Source of the DNA: Escherichia coli | Lineage (GTDB): Bacteria > Pseudomonadota > Gammaproteobacteria > Enterobacterales > Enterobacteriaceae | Assembly (NCBI RefSeq): GCF_013122565.1 | Contig: NZ_CP053258.1 | Length of the DNA: 64,000 nucleotides | Strand: one strand, 5' to 3' | Shown: one piece after another, positions 1 to 11,500 of the stretch | Position numbering within the stretch: the stretch's first letter is position 1 | Layout of the letters: the number at the start of each line of letters is the position of its first letter | Made by a program: the position numbers and the translations under genes | Notes under the pieces: generated by a model | Database searches by the model: none | What the model was told of the DNA's origin: nothing | Seen by the model: only the letters and a program-made list of their open reading frames with translations

Positions 1-521
1 ATTTCGCTGTCGCCGACAAACAGGCCGACGGTCACCTTGCCATGCAGTTGTGGATCGCTGGCGATGGTTTTGGCGAAACGGCTGGCCTGATCGGTTGCCA
101 GGGCGTTCATCGGGTAGATGATAATCGCTTTAACCCCGGCTTGTGACGCGCCCGCGCAGTGGTTGAGCAGCGGGAACATAAAGCATTCTGTTTTACCGGA
201 GCCGGTACCGGTAGCGACCAGCGTCGGCTGTGGCGCGTCGCTTCCCAGACGCTGAAATGCCCGGGCCTGATGCGCGTGCGGCGGGAACGGCAGCGTCAGA
301 TTAGGGAAGAAATTCAGCGGTAAGTCACTTTTACGAAACGGCAACTGGGCGGAAAGGTATGGTCCTTTCAGCAGCGTTTCGGGCTGGGCCAGAAATTGCT
401 CCAGCATTGAGACATTATCGTTATTCTCACCGTTAAACAGCGGGCTGTTTAGCGGGAACGCCGCCCGTAAAAAGGCGGCAACGCTGTCGGCGACCTGCCG
501 ACTGACAACGGACGGCAACAT
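1..521 (-). CDS. DEAD/DEAH-box SF2 helicase, 5' portion only (gene continues beyond window start); DISARM DrmA-like
   Basis: Manual translation of minus strand from ATG at 521-519 gives MLPSVVSRQVADS...PTLVATGTGSGKTECF (Walker A) with no stops to position 1; start overlaps upstream stop (ATGA); RBS-like GGAGAG upstream. Confidence 0.6.
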   Translation of the reverse strand, partial: MLPSVVSRQVADSVAAFLRAAFPLNSPLFNGENNDNVSMLEQFLAQPETLLKGPYLSAQLPFRKSDLPLNFFPNLTLPFPPHAHQARAFQRLGSDAPQPTLVATGTGSGKTECFMFPLLNHCAGASQAGVKAIIIYPMNALATDQASRFAKTIASDPQLHGKVTVGLFVGDSE

Positions 522-3500
522 CAGGCGCTCTCCTTATCTTGTGCAAAGAACGCCCAGGCCACTTTGTAGTCGTCTTCGCGATCCGGCTTGATAAACGGTG
601 CCTGCCAGGTGACGGTACGGCGCTCGCCTTCGTCGCTGCGGGTATAGTCATCAAAGGTGACGCTGACGGTACCAGTTTTAAGATGTTTGACATCATCCCA
701 GCCGATGGCTTGATCGGTGCAGTCACCGCCGGTCCACTCCGGGCTGTCGACGTTAAAGACAAAGCCGTTTTTCAGGTCAGCTTTACGCGCGGTACGCGGC
801 AGACCGACGCCCACCAGCCCTTTGCTTGGGGTAAAGATGATGCGGCCGTTTTGGTCGTACCAGGTGTCCGCTTCGTACTGACGCATCACCGGGAACTGAA
901 CGCGATAAATGGTAAGCAGTTCTTCGAGGGTTAACCCCAGCGCCTGCGCCACCAGTACGTCGATTTCCACCAGCGCCTGACGACGACTGTAGTCAGAGCG
1001 TAAGGCGCAGTTACGCTGCCACTCTGGGGTCAGATTGGTGAAGAAATCCTGGGGGAGCTGCGGGAGATCGCGGCTCCAACGCTGGGTGTTGAAATCTGGG
1101 GTGTAGCAGGATTGCCAGAGATCGGCATAACTTCTCACTAGCGATACAAGGCATAGAGCCCGACTATGTAGTGCTGTACGATAAGCATCATTTGTAAGTA
1201 CTGGCAGTTGGTTAATAAGAGAGGTATTGGCATGCCCCATACCCGTACTTTTCACACGATAATCCAACGGTACAGAAAGAGTCATCGAAAAATAGTCAAG
1301 CAATAATTGAGTATCTTTAAACGCCGTTCCAAGACAAGTATTTATATGGCTCACACCTGGTGGCACAATTGTTGTAATTAATGTTCTTTCAGATGATGGA
1401 CCTATCATTTCACGATTAACAAAACGATAATAGTCCGTCACCTTCCTCGGCTCGTCTTCATCCTGCTCTTTCCACGAAACCCGTGGGGTGCGCTTTGCAT
1501 ACTCCTGTGCATCACAGGCTGGAATATAGTTAGTGCGCGGCAAATAGTCGTCGGGCAGAGTTAGCAAGTCCAGGCAGTCATAATGTCCTTTCTCTGTGCA
1601 AATTTCTCTCGGCGTTTTATAAAGCGGTGTTCCAACATAGAAGTGCGGACCAGACAAAATCCATTGGGATGCGTCTTCCGGGAATTGGGTATGCCGTTCG
1701 ATTGTGCCATCACTTTGTTGATTTGTTTCATGCCACATTTCAAGAGACAAATATTGCCCCTGCAAATCCCCCAGCCGTTTAGGTTGCTTAGCGAATTTTT
1801 CAAGTACAGAAACAAGCGGTTCAGCATGAAGCGCTGGGAGTCGAGCTTCAAGATCCGGCGTTCCCTCTTCATCATAAAGAGTGGCAAATAGTGCAAGCCG
1901 TTCCATTCCAACGGTCAAAATACGGCTTTGATGCCCCGCTTCATTCCAGGAACCTGTTTCGTCATCTTTAATGCCGCCAACTTCACCGGAACCATCATGC
2001 GCAAGACAAAGCTCGATCGTTTTGGCTGAGAAAAGGTTTGCAATATTGATAAAGCCGACAGATTGATTCGGTGAAGCCGTATAAATATTAATGCTGAATT
2101 TAACCCTGTGACCAATAGGGAAAAGCATATGCTGATTCTGAAACTGAAAATGTGCCCTCAGTCTCGGATACACTGCCGCACGAAGCTGCCCGCCTTTCGG
2201 GTCATCATAAATCCCTTCCGGGTGCAGGAAACCTGACACGCCTTTCTGCGCCCCTAAGCGCCAGGCCTGAGGCAGGAAGCATTTATACAAGTTGGTCTGC
2301 ACCCCGCGCAGTACCGGGTAGTTCTGCTGCGCATTGAGGAAGTTTTGCATCCCTTCACAGCCTTCATACTCGCTGCGCCAGGCCGCTTCCAGCGCCGGGA
2401 TCTGGTTGAAGGTATCAATACGCAACGTTGCCAGCTTCGATGCACTCAGCTTACGTAGCACAAATTCCGGCTCGTAATCACCCAGCACGCCCGCTTCCTG
2501 CCATTCCACTTTCAGCCACGGCGGGTTTCCGAGCATCAGGTCAAAACCGCCGCGCTCGGCAAACAGGTCGCAGAACTCCAGATCCCAGTGGAAGAAACGG
2601 TGCTGCTTTCTCAGGGCATCGACAATCGCCAGACGCGGTAAATGACGGAACAACACCTCAGTTTTCAGACGACCTGCGCCGGAAAACAGTGAAGACTCTT
2701 CTCGCAGCAGGCCTTCTTCGGCAAACAGATCACCAGTGGTGTGCTCCGCAACTTCAGTGACTTTTTCCGTAATTACAATCCCGTCGAGCAGGGTTTCAAT
2801 CTCAAACAACCAGGTGCCGCGATCCGGTAACTCATCGGCTTTGTCGATCGGCCAGAACCACAGCGCGCACCAGTAGTCCATTACCCAACGCAGCTTCTGG
2901 TAGGCGCTGTTATCTTCAAGACGACCACTGAAGGTTTCATCTTTACTGCTCAGCGAAGAACGCGTCTGCTCGCTGTTTTCTGCCGGCCACACCGGGTAGC
3001 TGTCGGCGGTTTTCAGACGTTCTGCTTTAAGTTGCTGGCGATAGGTGTTCCACAGTGCTTCCACCTTTTCGCTGATACGCTGCACATCAGCAATCTCATG
3101 CCCGGCAAAGCTTTTAATAAACTCTTTGCGCCAGCTGTCCAGCGCTTTGAAGTCATCCGGATAACGCTGCTTAACGGTTTTATCGCTGTAGTTAGCCATA
3201 CCGCCGTCGGGCAGCAGGAAGTGGAAAATCTGCGTCTCTTCACGCGGCGTGTTCATCGCCAGCTCGACCGGTTCGCTGTTAAGCCAGCTCGGATCTTTGG
3301 CTTTTTTGTAGGTCAGTTCGCTCTTGTTGAACACCTGACGGCGCGCGCCCACCAGCGAGTTACCGCAGTGCAACTGGTAACCAAACCACGGTACAAACGC
3401 ATCGCCACTAATGGCGTTCAGCCACAGTGACACTTCCGCCAGTTCCACCGCCACCGGGTTTAAGTCCACGCCGAAAACGTTGTTGTCGGCAATGTACATT

Positions 3501-5437
3501 TTCACCCGCTGTAACTCCTGGGTGTAACGATCCTGCGGAATACGGCGACCTTCCGCCTGCTGCTTATGGAACAGATACGCTTCCGCCAGCTGGTTGATGG
3601 CTTCGTTAAGGAACGCCGCGCTGCCCATCGCCGGTTCGCACACGGTGAGGTTTAAGATGGCGTCGGCTTTGGCGTGCGGATCGCTAATGGGATCAATCTG
3701 CTCCTTAAACAGTTCTTTCAGAGCATATTTAACCAGTGAGCGGGTCAGCACTTCCGGGGTGTAATAAGATGCAGATTTCTCACGGTCGCGCCCGGCCATA
3801 CGGTAGATAAAACTGCCTTTGCGGTGAATGCGCAGACTGCCGTCTTTCTCGTAGACCTTCTCGTCTTCGTGGTATTTGCCAATCTCATCCTTACTGACGA
3901 AGTAACCCGTCTCCAGCTCGTTAAACTCTTCCCCGGCTTTCTTCACCTCGTAGAGATCTTCGCTGGCGAAGAATCCGCGATAGGAGAGCAGCGCCTCATA
4001 CACCGCACCCAACTGGTTGATACCCAACTGGCGATAAGATATACGTCCACGGCGGTTAAAGCGCCCTTTGCCCGGGCGGCTTAACGACATCGCCTGGATA
4101 ATCTGTTGCAGGGTTTCGTTACGGAATACCACGCGGTTAAGAATGCGGGTGTTGTTGGCATCGAAAAGATGACTTTCCAGACGCGGGACGCTGAACTGAT
4201 GACTATGGATGGTGATCCGGTCGCCGCTCTCCAGGTCACTCTGCATTTTCACGCCGCCGTTGTAGCCTTCGCGCACCAGTTTAAACAGCATATTCAGGCT
4301 GTCGTGGAAGTAGCGCCCGTTGCGATCTTCTTCGCTGGTCAGCGGGATCATCTCCAGATCGCGCAACGTTTCCAGGCTGTAGCCCTGTAGATAGGTTTTG
4401 GCGGTCATTGGCGCATAACCCAGCTCCGGGCGCGCTTCAATGTAGAACAGGAACAGCAGGCGGTACATGTAACGCAGACATTCGCGGCTCAGTTCATCCG
4501 GGTCCACCGCACGGTTACCGGTATAGTTTGCCAGGCCACGGTCGATCAGATAATGCATCGCTTCGTTGCCCAGCAACTCAATGCTTTCGCGCAGGGCATA
4601 TTTCAGATCTTCCGAAACACCAAACGCATGTTTGTGCGAATTGTCATCCAGCGAGTCAAGATAAGGTGCCCCACTGCCCGGCAGCAGAGAATCTTTATGT
4701 AGCAACACCGCCGTCGCTTTCAGCGTATCCGTTTCACGACGACTTAAAATCTCTTCAAAATCAAAACGTAGCAGACGGTTTTGCGCCCACTTAGTACGGT
4801 CCAACAACAATAGCTGACGGTTACCGAGCAGCAGCACAAAACGCGGCGGTTCATTTTGGGTGAAGACCGCCGTAGAGAGCAGATCCTGCCAGCTGCGATA
4901 TTCACCGTTGGCTTTTTTGCGCAGGCTGTCGCGCTTATGTTTGTCGGTATCCGCCGGGAATTGCGCGGTCAGTAAGGAGAGCGCCAGCGGATCCAGCGTT
5001 CCTTCTTCCTGATCGTGTGCTTCAACAATCCACAGCCACGGGCTACCGTCAGTGCTGTTGTAACGCGCCAGTACCGGCAGTGGTGTATCGTCATCCAGCA
5101 TTTGGATCTGCGGCGTAATTTCGTAGCCCAGCGCCTTTAACAATGGCTGCCAGCGATTACGTTGATCGGCCAGACGCTGCGGGATCTGACGCTGTTTTTC
5201 GTGCTCGGCAAGTTTGCGGAAAAACTCAGTCGCCAGACTGTTAAACTGGTTCCACGGAGCGCGGTATCCCGGCTCCACGTCTTTGCCCTGTTCACGAGCG
5301 GCACGTTCCGCTTCACGCGCTGCATTTTCCTGGGCTATCCAGGGTTCCAGCACATCGCGGATATCACTGGTGAAAACCTCACCCAAATAATGGTTAGAGT
5401 AAAATTCGTTTTCGTTATTAATACCGACCAGCGCCAT
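521..5437 (-). CDS. Large N6-adenine DNA methyltransferase (1638 aa), DISARM DrmMI-like
   Basis: ORF track; AdoMet-binding-like motif EPAMGSAAFL and catalytic NPPW motif; sits between SNF2 helicase and DEAD-box helicase genes. Confidence 0.7.
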   Translation of the reverse strand: MALVGINNENEFYSNHYLGEVFTSDIRDVLEPWIAQENAAREAERAAREQGKDVEPGYRAPWNQFNSLATEFFRKLAEHEKQRQIPQRLADQRNRWQPLLKALGYEITPQIQMLDDDTPLPVLARYNSTDGSPWLWIVEAHDQEEGTLDPLALSLLTAQFPADTDKHKRDSLRKKANGEYRSWQDLLSTAVFTQNEPPRFVLLLGNRQLLLLDRTKWAQNRLLRFDFEEILSRRETDTLKATAVLLHKDSLLPGSGAPYLDSLDDNSHKHAFGVSEDLKYALRESIELLGNEAMHYLIDRGLANYTGNRAVDPDELSRECLRYMYRLLFLFYIEARPELGYAPMTAKTYLQGYSLETLRDLEMIPLTSEEDRNGRYFHDSLNMLFKLVREGYNGGVKMQSDLESGDRITIHSHQFSVPRLESHLFDANNTRILNRVVFRNETLQQIIQAMSLSRPGKGRFNRRGRISYRQLGINQLGAVYEALLSYRGFFASEDLYEVKKAGEEFNELETGYFVSKDEIGKYHEDEKVYEKDGSLRIHRKGSFIYRMAGRDREKSASYYTPEVLTRSLVKYALKELFKEQIDPISDPHAKADAILNLTVCEPAMGSAAFLNEAINQLAEAYLFHKQQAEGRRIPQDRYTQELQRVKMYIADNNVFGVDLNPVAVELAEVSLWLNAISGDAFVPWFGYQLHCGNSLVGARRQVFNKSELTYKKAKDPSWLNSEPVELAMNTPREETQIFHFLLPDGGMANYSDKTVKQRYPDDFKALDSWRKEFIKSFAGHEIADVQRISEKVEALWNTYRQQLKAERLKTADSYPVWPAENSEQTRSSLSSKDETFSGRLEDNSAYQKLRWVMDYWCALWFWPIDKADELPDRGTWLFEIETLLDGIVITEKVTEVAEHTTGDLFAEEGLLREESSLFSGAGRLKTEVLFRHLPRLAIVDALRKQHRFFHWDLEFCDLFAERGGFDLMLGNPPWLKVEWQEAGVLGDYEPEFVLRKLSASKLATLRIDTFNQIPALEAAWRSEYEGCEGMQNFLNAQQNYPVLRGVQTNLYKCFLPQAWRLGAQKGVSGFLHPEGIYDDPKGGQLRAAVYPRLRAHFQFQNQHMLFPIGHRVKFSINIYTASPNQSVGFINIANLFSAKTIELCLAHDGSGEVGGIKDDETGSWNEAGHQSRILTVGMERLALFATLYDEEGTPDLEARLPALHAEPLVSVLEKFAKQPKRLGDLQGQYLSLEMWHETNQQSDGTIERHTQFPEDASQWILSGPHFYVGTPLYKTPREICTEKGHYDCLDLLTLPDDYLPRTNYIPACDAQEYAKRTPRVSWKEQDEDEPRKVTDYYRFVNREMIGPSSERTLITTIVPPGVSHINTCLGTAFKDTQLLLDYFSMTLSVPLDYRVKSTGMGHANTSLINQLPVLTNDAYRTALHSRALCLVSLVRSYADLWQSCYTPDFNTQRWSRDLPQLPQDFFTNLTPEWQRNCALRSDYSRRQALVEIDVLVAQALGLTLEELLTIYRVQFPVMRQYEADTWYDQNGRIIFTPSKGLVGVGLPRTARKADLKNGFVFNVDSPEWTGGDCTDQAIGWDDVKHLKTGTVSVTFDDYTRSDEGERRTVTWQAPFIKPDREDDYKVAWAFFAQDKESA

Positions 5438-5439
5438 GA

Positions 5440-8298
5440 TTAACCCTCCGCTCCGGTGATAACAGCAATTACCTGAATGTAGGGTTCTTTTTCAGTCGTC
5501 ATGGTGTCCTCAATCCATTCGATATAGCTGTCAAAATTGTGTTCGATTTCGCGTTGTCTCTGCTCTTTACGGCTCTGCTTGACTGACAATTGCTGTTTGT
5601 TATCGGCAAAATCCAGCTCAAGTTGGCTCAACTGCCGCCCACGCAAAACGTCCAGCTTTTGCAGATGCTCGTTCAGTTGCTGGTTAATGTGCGTTTCAAA
5701 CGCATTCCGATCATGGATAAATACCTCCCGGGCATGCGCAATAGCCGCTTCCAGTAAATCCTGCTGGCGCTGGTGATTACGATCTTTACCGCCGCTGTTA
5801 GTCAGATTGTTACTCAACTGCGGATGACGTTGTAAAAACTCAGCGAATGGCTGACTGCCGATTAGCGATTCACGGTCAAAGCTCACCACTATCCACGGGT
5901 TCACCATCGGATGTGATTTACGGTTCGGGAATAACCCGGAAAGAATGAAGTGATCTTCATCGGGTTCAAGCAGGTATGGCAGACGGATAACCGGTGCCTG
6001 ATGACGACCAAAAGCCGAAGAGATTTTATCGTCCAGCCACTGCACTACCGGGTTGATTTGCCAGAGATACTGCACATCGGGCCAGGCATGTTGCTCACCG
6101 CGAGCGCGCGCAATCGCGTCGGTGATGACGGTTTTATCCTGACTTAAATAGAGCTGCCAGTTCTCCGGGGCAATTTCAGGCGGTAGCTGGTTGAAGCGGC
6201 GGCGTAACTCCTCCGGTGCCACCAGCGACAAGGTATTATCAGGCAAGGTTTCATACTGGATAGTTTGACCACTGGCTTTCAGGTAACCCAATGCTCTTTC
6301 ACAGTACGCCTGTTCGCTGGCAAACAAGCTGGTGTCTGTTTCGGTAACCATTGAGGCATCGCTGGAAACCGCACTGCATATTTCGCCAAACAGATCATGT
6401 TCGGCGCTTTCCGAGACGTTGCTGTTCAGCAGTTGATCAAACAGGCTGGCACCATCATCCTGCATCATGAACTCTGCAACCTGCTCTTCTTCCTCTTCCT
6501 GGGTAAATTTGCCGGTAAACTCCGAACTGTCCCCAATGTTCTTCTGCGCCTGTTCGTCTTTGTTGATCAACACTTCCAGTACGCGCATATCGCCATTGAT
6601 CTGTGGTTCGCTGGCCTCGGTAAGCAGATAGCGGATTTGAGGCTGATGTTTTTGCCCATAGCGGTCAATACGCCCGTTACGTTGCTGGAATACCATCAAC
6701 GACCACGGAATATCAAAGTGAATCATTTTGTGGCTAAGGTGATGCAAGTTGATCCCTTCAGATGCCACATCCGAACAAACCAGAAGACGCAACGGAGACT
6801 GCGTTTTACCAAAGGCTTCTACGGTTTCCATCAATACCGTATCGCCCTGATCGCCGCGCAGCGTGGCGATCTGGTCATCTTTCAATTTCAGATCCGCTCG
6901 CAGTTGCTGTTCGAGGAACTCCAGCGTTTTAATACTTTCGGTGAAGATCACCAGGCGATCTTCCGTGTTATTGGCTTTCCAGGCGAGGTCTTTTCGGATG
7001 GTGTCGAGCAGCAACTGGTATTTGCTAAACTGGCTGGCATCAATGTTATTCAGCGCCAACAGCAATGACTCCAGTTCGTTGATCTGGCTCTGGCTATTAT
7101 GATCTTTACGGCTCTCAAGACGCTTCAGACGATTCGCCACTACGCTGGCACACGCCATCGGGCTGGAAAATAGCGCTTTTTCGAGGGTTATCTTGAACAG
7201 ACGACCTTTGTTAGACTGGGCCTGTTCATCGTCATCATCACGGAACTGGCTCTCAACCAGGCGACGGTATGCTTCTTCTTCGGCACCAGATGCCAGGCGA
7301 GTCAGTTTGACAATATTGCGCTCGGGGAACTCGCCGGACATCTGATCTTTCACGTCTTTTTTGAAGCGACGGACAACCAGATTTTTATCGGCAAAATCGG
7401 CGTATTCATACTCTTTCGGGTTGGCGATCGCCGTCGGGTCAAGCATGTTCATCAGGCTGGCAAAACTTTCAGCCTTACCATCATGCGGTGTTGCTGAAAG
7501 CATAATCAGCGTATCGCTGCGCCCGGCGAGCAGTTTTGCCAGTTTACTGCGTAACGAACTGGTTCCACGTTCTGCGACGTTATGGGCCTCATCAATGACA
7601 ATAATATCCCACCAGGCATTTTCCAGATGGTGACGATATTCAATGTCTTGTTTCAGCGTATCGATGGAGATAATGGTCTTGTCAAAATAGTGGAACGGGT
7701 TGTGGTTGGTTGGGATGCGGTTACGCACCTTTTGTAAACCAGCAGAATCCAGGCGGGTCAATGGGATCGCAAAACGGCTCCAGAACTCCTTCTGGAATTG
7801 TGTCAGCATCGATTTAACCGCCAGAACCAGAATACGTTTTCCGCGCCCACGACGGATCAGTTCCGAAACCAGAATACCGGCTTCCAGCGTTTTACCCAGA
7901 CCGACAGCGTCGGCAATGAGTATCCGCTGGCGCGGTTGTGCCAGCGCCATCCGCGTAGGATCGAGCTGAAACGGCATGGAATCCATCGCCGCCAGATGAC
8001 CAAAATGGACTTTACTGTCTGTCGGTACGCGTTGGCGTAACTGACTTTCAATATACAACTGTGCCGCTTGATAATTGGCGGATTCATCTTCCACCAAATG
8101 CGTTTTTGCGGGATCAAGGATCTCTACTTTTTGTTCCAGTTTGGTCAGAAATAACCCTTCTTTACCGCGCACCAGCTCTGAAATACCATCGCAGGTCAGC
8201 AAATACCCACCATCACCACTGTCATCCGCCCGGCGAATACGCCATTCGGCATCACGAATAACCACCCGCATACCAGGTGCATAATTTTGCTTATTCAT
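5440..8298 (-). CDS. SNF2-family helicase (952 aa), DISARM DrmD-like
   Basis: Walker A GLGKT, DEAH box (VIDEAHNV), C-terminal helicase region; 2 nt upstream of methyltransferase start. Confidence 0.7.
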   Translation of the reverse strand: MNKQNYAPGMRVVIRDAEWRIRRADDSGDGGYLLTCDGISELVRGKEGLFLTKLEQKVEILDPAKTHLVEDESANYQAAQLYIESQLRQRVPTDSKVHFGHLAAMDSMPFQLDPTRMALAQPRQRILIADAVGLGKTLEAGILVSELIRRGRGKRILVLAVKSMLTQFQKEFWSRFAIPLTRLDSAGLQKVRNRIPTNHNPFHYFDKTIISIDTLKQDIEYRHHLENAWWDIIVIDEAHNVAERGTSSLRSKLAKLLAGRSDTLIMLSATPHDGKAESFASLMNMLDPTAIANPKEYEYADFADKNLVVRRFKKDVKDQMSGEFPERNIVKLTRLASGAEEEAYRRLVESQFRDDDDEQAQSNKGRLFKITLEKALFSSPMACASVVANRLKRLESRKDHNSQSQINELESLLLALNNIDASQFSKYQLLLDTIRKDLAWKANNTEDRLVIFTESIKTLEFLEQQLRADLKLKDDQIATLRGDQGDTVLMETVEAFGKTQSPLRLLVCSDVASEGINLHHLSHKMIHFDIPWSLMVFQQRNGRIDRYGQKHQPQIRYLLTEASEPQINGDMRVLEVLINKDEQAQKNIGDSSEFTGKFTQEEEEEQVAEFMMQDDGASLFDQLLNSNVSESAEHDLFGEICSAVSSDASMVTETDTSLFASEQAYCERALGYLKASGQTIQYETLPDNTLSLVAPEELRRRFNQLPPEIAPENWQLYLSQDKTVITDAIARARGEQHAWPDVQYLWQINPVVQWLDDKISSAFGRHQAPVIRLPYLLEPDEDHFILSGLFPNRKSHPMVNPWIVVSFDRESLIGSQPFAEFLQRHPQLSNNLTNSGGKDRNHQRQQDLLEAAIAHAREVFIHDRNAFETHINQQLNEHLQKLDVLRGRQLSQLELDFADNKQQLSVKQSRKEQRQREIEHNFDSYIEWIEDTMTTEKEPYIQVIAVITGAEG

Positions 8299-8365
8299 CG
8301 GTTTTTCTGTCTATTTGGGGCAGTGGCGGTAACGTCATCCTGAAAAATGTGGCGCGGCACACTGC

Positions 8366-8403
8366 GATAAAAAAGAGGGCCTTAAAGATATCATGAAGGC
8401 CCC
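8366..8403 (-). terminator. Rho-independent terminator-like hairpin after druE-like gene
   Basis: Stem GGGCCTT/AAGGCCC followed by T-run on minus strand (A-run 8368-8375 on plus). Confidence 0.45.
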
Positions 8404-8521
8404 CGGCAAAGTGACAAAATGGGAGGGAATGCGCATAAATTGCGCATGATTTTCAAACAAAAATTATTAAAAAGTGAGCTGGGTCAACTCCCCTGGAAGA
8501 TATCCCCAGGGGAGCAATTAT

Positions 8522-11500
8522 TTATCCAGCGATAACATAACTCCTAAGGTCATTACCCGGGGCAACAGCTCGCGATCGCGTGTTTGCCAGCCGTTCAACT
8601 TGCTGCGGTACTCGCAGAGCAAAATCAAATAAGGTGTCTTCAATACAGCGCCAGTAGCTAAGCCCCATGTCGAGCAGGACATAATGCTGACTGCCATCGC
8701 TGAAGGTGACTGTCAGTTCTCGTCCATGCTCCGTACTCTGGTTATCCCCCGTTAACCAGCTAATTGCTCCCGGCCACGCAGGCCCCAGATATCCTTCTTC
8801 AAGTAAAGTGGTCACAACCTGCTGACGATCTTCCTCATTAAGCCACGCGTTATAGAGAGCGTCGTGTTGGCGAGAGTTGTAATCCAATTTTTTGACGCAA
8901 ACAGTGAGGCTGGCGCGTTCCGCCATTCCCTGTTCAACCAGCTCGGTTAAGATTTCACCTAACAAACGCGCCGTGAATGGGCTATTAAGATAACGATCGC
9001 TGTACTCAACATGCGTTATCTCTTTGTGGCGGGTAAATGCCTGCTTCCAGCCAGCGTGCTGTTGCGTGACTAACGACCAGAAACGCGAACCAAAACCTTC
9101 CAGCGGCCCGTCCAGTTGTTCACAGAGATTGATGCGCACCGCCCCGGTGGGTAAGGCGGGCAGTAAATCTTCTGCACTTAAGGTCTGACCCGAGAAGGTT
9201 TTTCCGGACGTTCCTTTAAGTGTCACTACTGGTGAAGACGCACTTTGTCCCCATAATTCACCAGGGGCAACGGTAGCGCTGTCGTCTGCGGCCCACTGTT
9301 GGCTTTGCCCTTCGCGAGTCACCTGCGCAAGCCAGCGCCCCTTTCCTTGCATGAGTTGCGCAGTGGCAATGGATTTCACTTGTAAGCGTCCTCCCGGCAT
9401 CGCCGCCAACGCGGAAAGCTGATGTCTGGAGCTATCAGTTAAGTTTTCCAGCGGCGTGGCCACCAGCAACTCAACATTCCCACCGGAGGAAGCAAACTGG
9501 AGCAACTCTTTAAATAATGGCCATTGGGCAAAGTCCCACTGTTCCTGCGGCCCCGCAAGAACCAGCGAGCAGGAGTCATAAATCTCGCTGTTCAGGCATT
9601 GCGCAATACGTAAACTCAGAGGGTTAGTTTCAACCCGGCTACCATCGCCGAAGTACTGATATTCTGGCGCGAGGTTAAGTCGCTGCAACCGTACATTGGT
9701 AAGCAGGGTTAATGCATGGTGACGATCTAATCTGTTGACATAATGCTGACTGTCGTAGCTGAGCAAGCAGTGGTGACAGAATTTATCGCAACTGCAATCG
9801 AGCAATTTTCTGGCGTAATTAAAGACATCAGCCCAATGGTCGATCAATTGCACTGCATAACCTGCACCACCCGCATTATTGTCGTAAATGAAGATGGAAT
9901 ATCCGGTATAGCCATTGATATCGCGCGCTTGCTGCGTCGTCACGCCCAGCTCAGTATTTTCGATACCCAATTTATGCGCTAACCCTTCACGCAAAGCGAC
10001 CGCAAGGGAACGCGCGGCAACCTCATCACGGATCAACAGGCCATTATCATCATTGAGTTGCAGCTCAACCATATCTGTACGACTGCTATACCCCAACCAC
10101 AGATCTTTATGCACATGACCGTGGCACAATTTATTGCTCCCCTGACGATCGTTACTGCCCCCTCGCAACAGGTAATGCGTATTTTCCCGCTCTGGGTTCT
10201 TTAGATTTTCAGGGGTACGCTGGGGTTGAGTTTGAGATTCTGCCCGACCACATGAGAGGCAAATTGCGTAGCCGTGCCCAAATTCCCCTTCACTGAAGTG
10301 GAACAATTCCCCACTATGGCTAAAACGGTAACGTCCTAGCCCAGCATCGGGTAAAGAAACCCACACCGAAGACGGTACAAGAACACGTGGATCTTTCCAG
10401 GGAAGTTGTGCAGGCATGGATACATCATTATGTGCCTGATAACGAATATCTGTCGCAAAACCAACAGGCTGTAAATAACGCTTCACATCAAGTTGCTGTA
10501 TATCCGCTTTGCAGTGACTACATTCGACAGGACGGGTAGTACTGGTTGCCCCCGCACCACATTTACGGCAATGCCAGAACCACGGAATATGATGATCGCC
10601 TGACAGCTCCTGCCCGCTGGCAAGTACCTTGCCAAGCATAATGCCCGAGGAACGATATACTTTTCCGCCCAATACCACATCTGCACCAGGCGCATACTCG
10701 CGTAATGCTGTAGGTAGATCACGGCTGGGCAATTTTTCAATACGACGAGAAAAGCTTTCTCCCCCTTCATTAGGGTCAGCCTGAGTGGCTTTTATTGCGC
10801 GACGTTTTTCCAGCTCATCTGCCGTCAGATAATTGAAATTGACTACGCCAACCGGGAAACCATGCCCCGGCAGGAACGCTTCACTAATGAGTTTAGAAAA
10901 CAGATATGCACCGCGATAATCACGAAGCTGATAAGCGATGGCTTTACCTGCTGGCGTTTCTTCCCACGCGCTGTTATCCGCCTTCAACGCTTCGATATTT
11001 TCCAACAGTATCGCAAGTTGGCTTCTCCAGCGGATATCAACCTGCTGCATCATTGCTTGTGTGCGGGTCAAGAGCTGGGTTGCCGTCAATGACATCAGGA
11101 CGGTTCCCTGAGTAAGGCGTTTAAGTTTATCCGCCAGCTGATCGGCCTGGTGATTTAACCAATGGAGAAAACGAAGACACTGGCTCTCATCACCTTCAAA
11201 GAACCATTTGCAACTCAGTTTTGTCGCATCAGGAACTTCAGCTCGTAAAAACAGACCTAAAACCAGGGCATTAACATGTCGTTGAACAATGCTACTGCTC
11301 CCAAAACGAACCCGTGGCGCACTGGCAGTAGTGTTGAACGCCCAGAGGGGGTCTTTGAATACCTCCATTCCATGCGCCGTGTTTTTACATAACGTAATGG
11401 CAGCAGATGCACTCTCTCCACGACGCCCCGCGCGACCTGCACGTTGCAAATAATTTGCCGGCGCTGGAGGAACGTTGTTCATTGCCACCAAACTCATACC

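Noticed and set aside
433-762. 109 aa ORF overlapping the methyltransferase/helicase junction
   Set aside because: Out-of-frame overlap with two confidently called genes; Pro/Ala/Arg-rich composition typical of a spurious frame.
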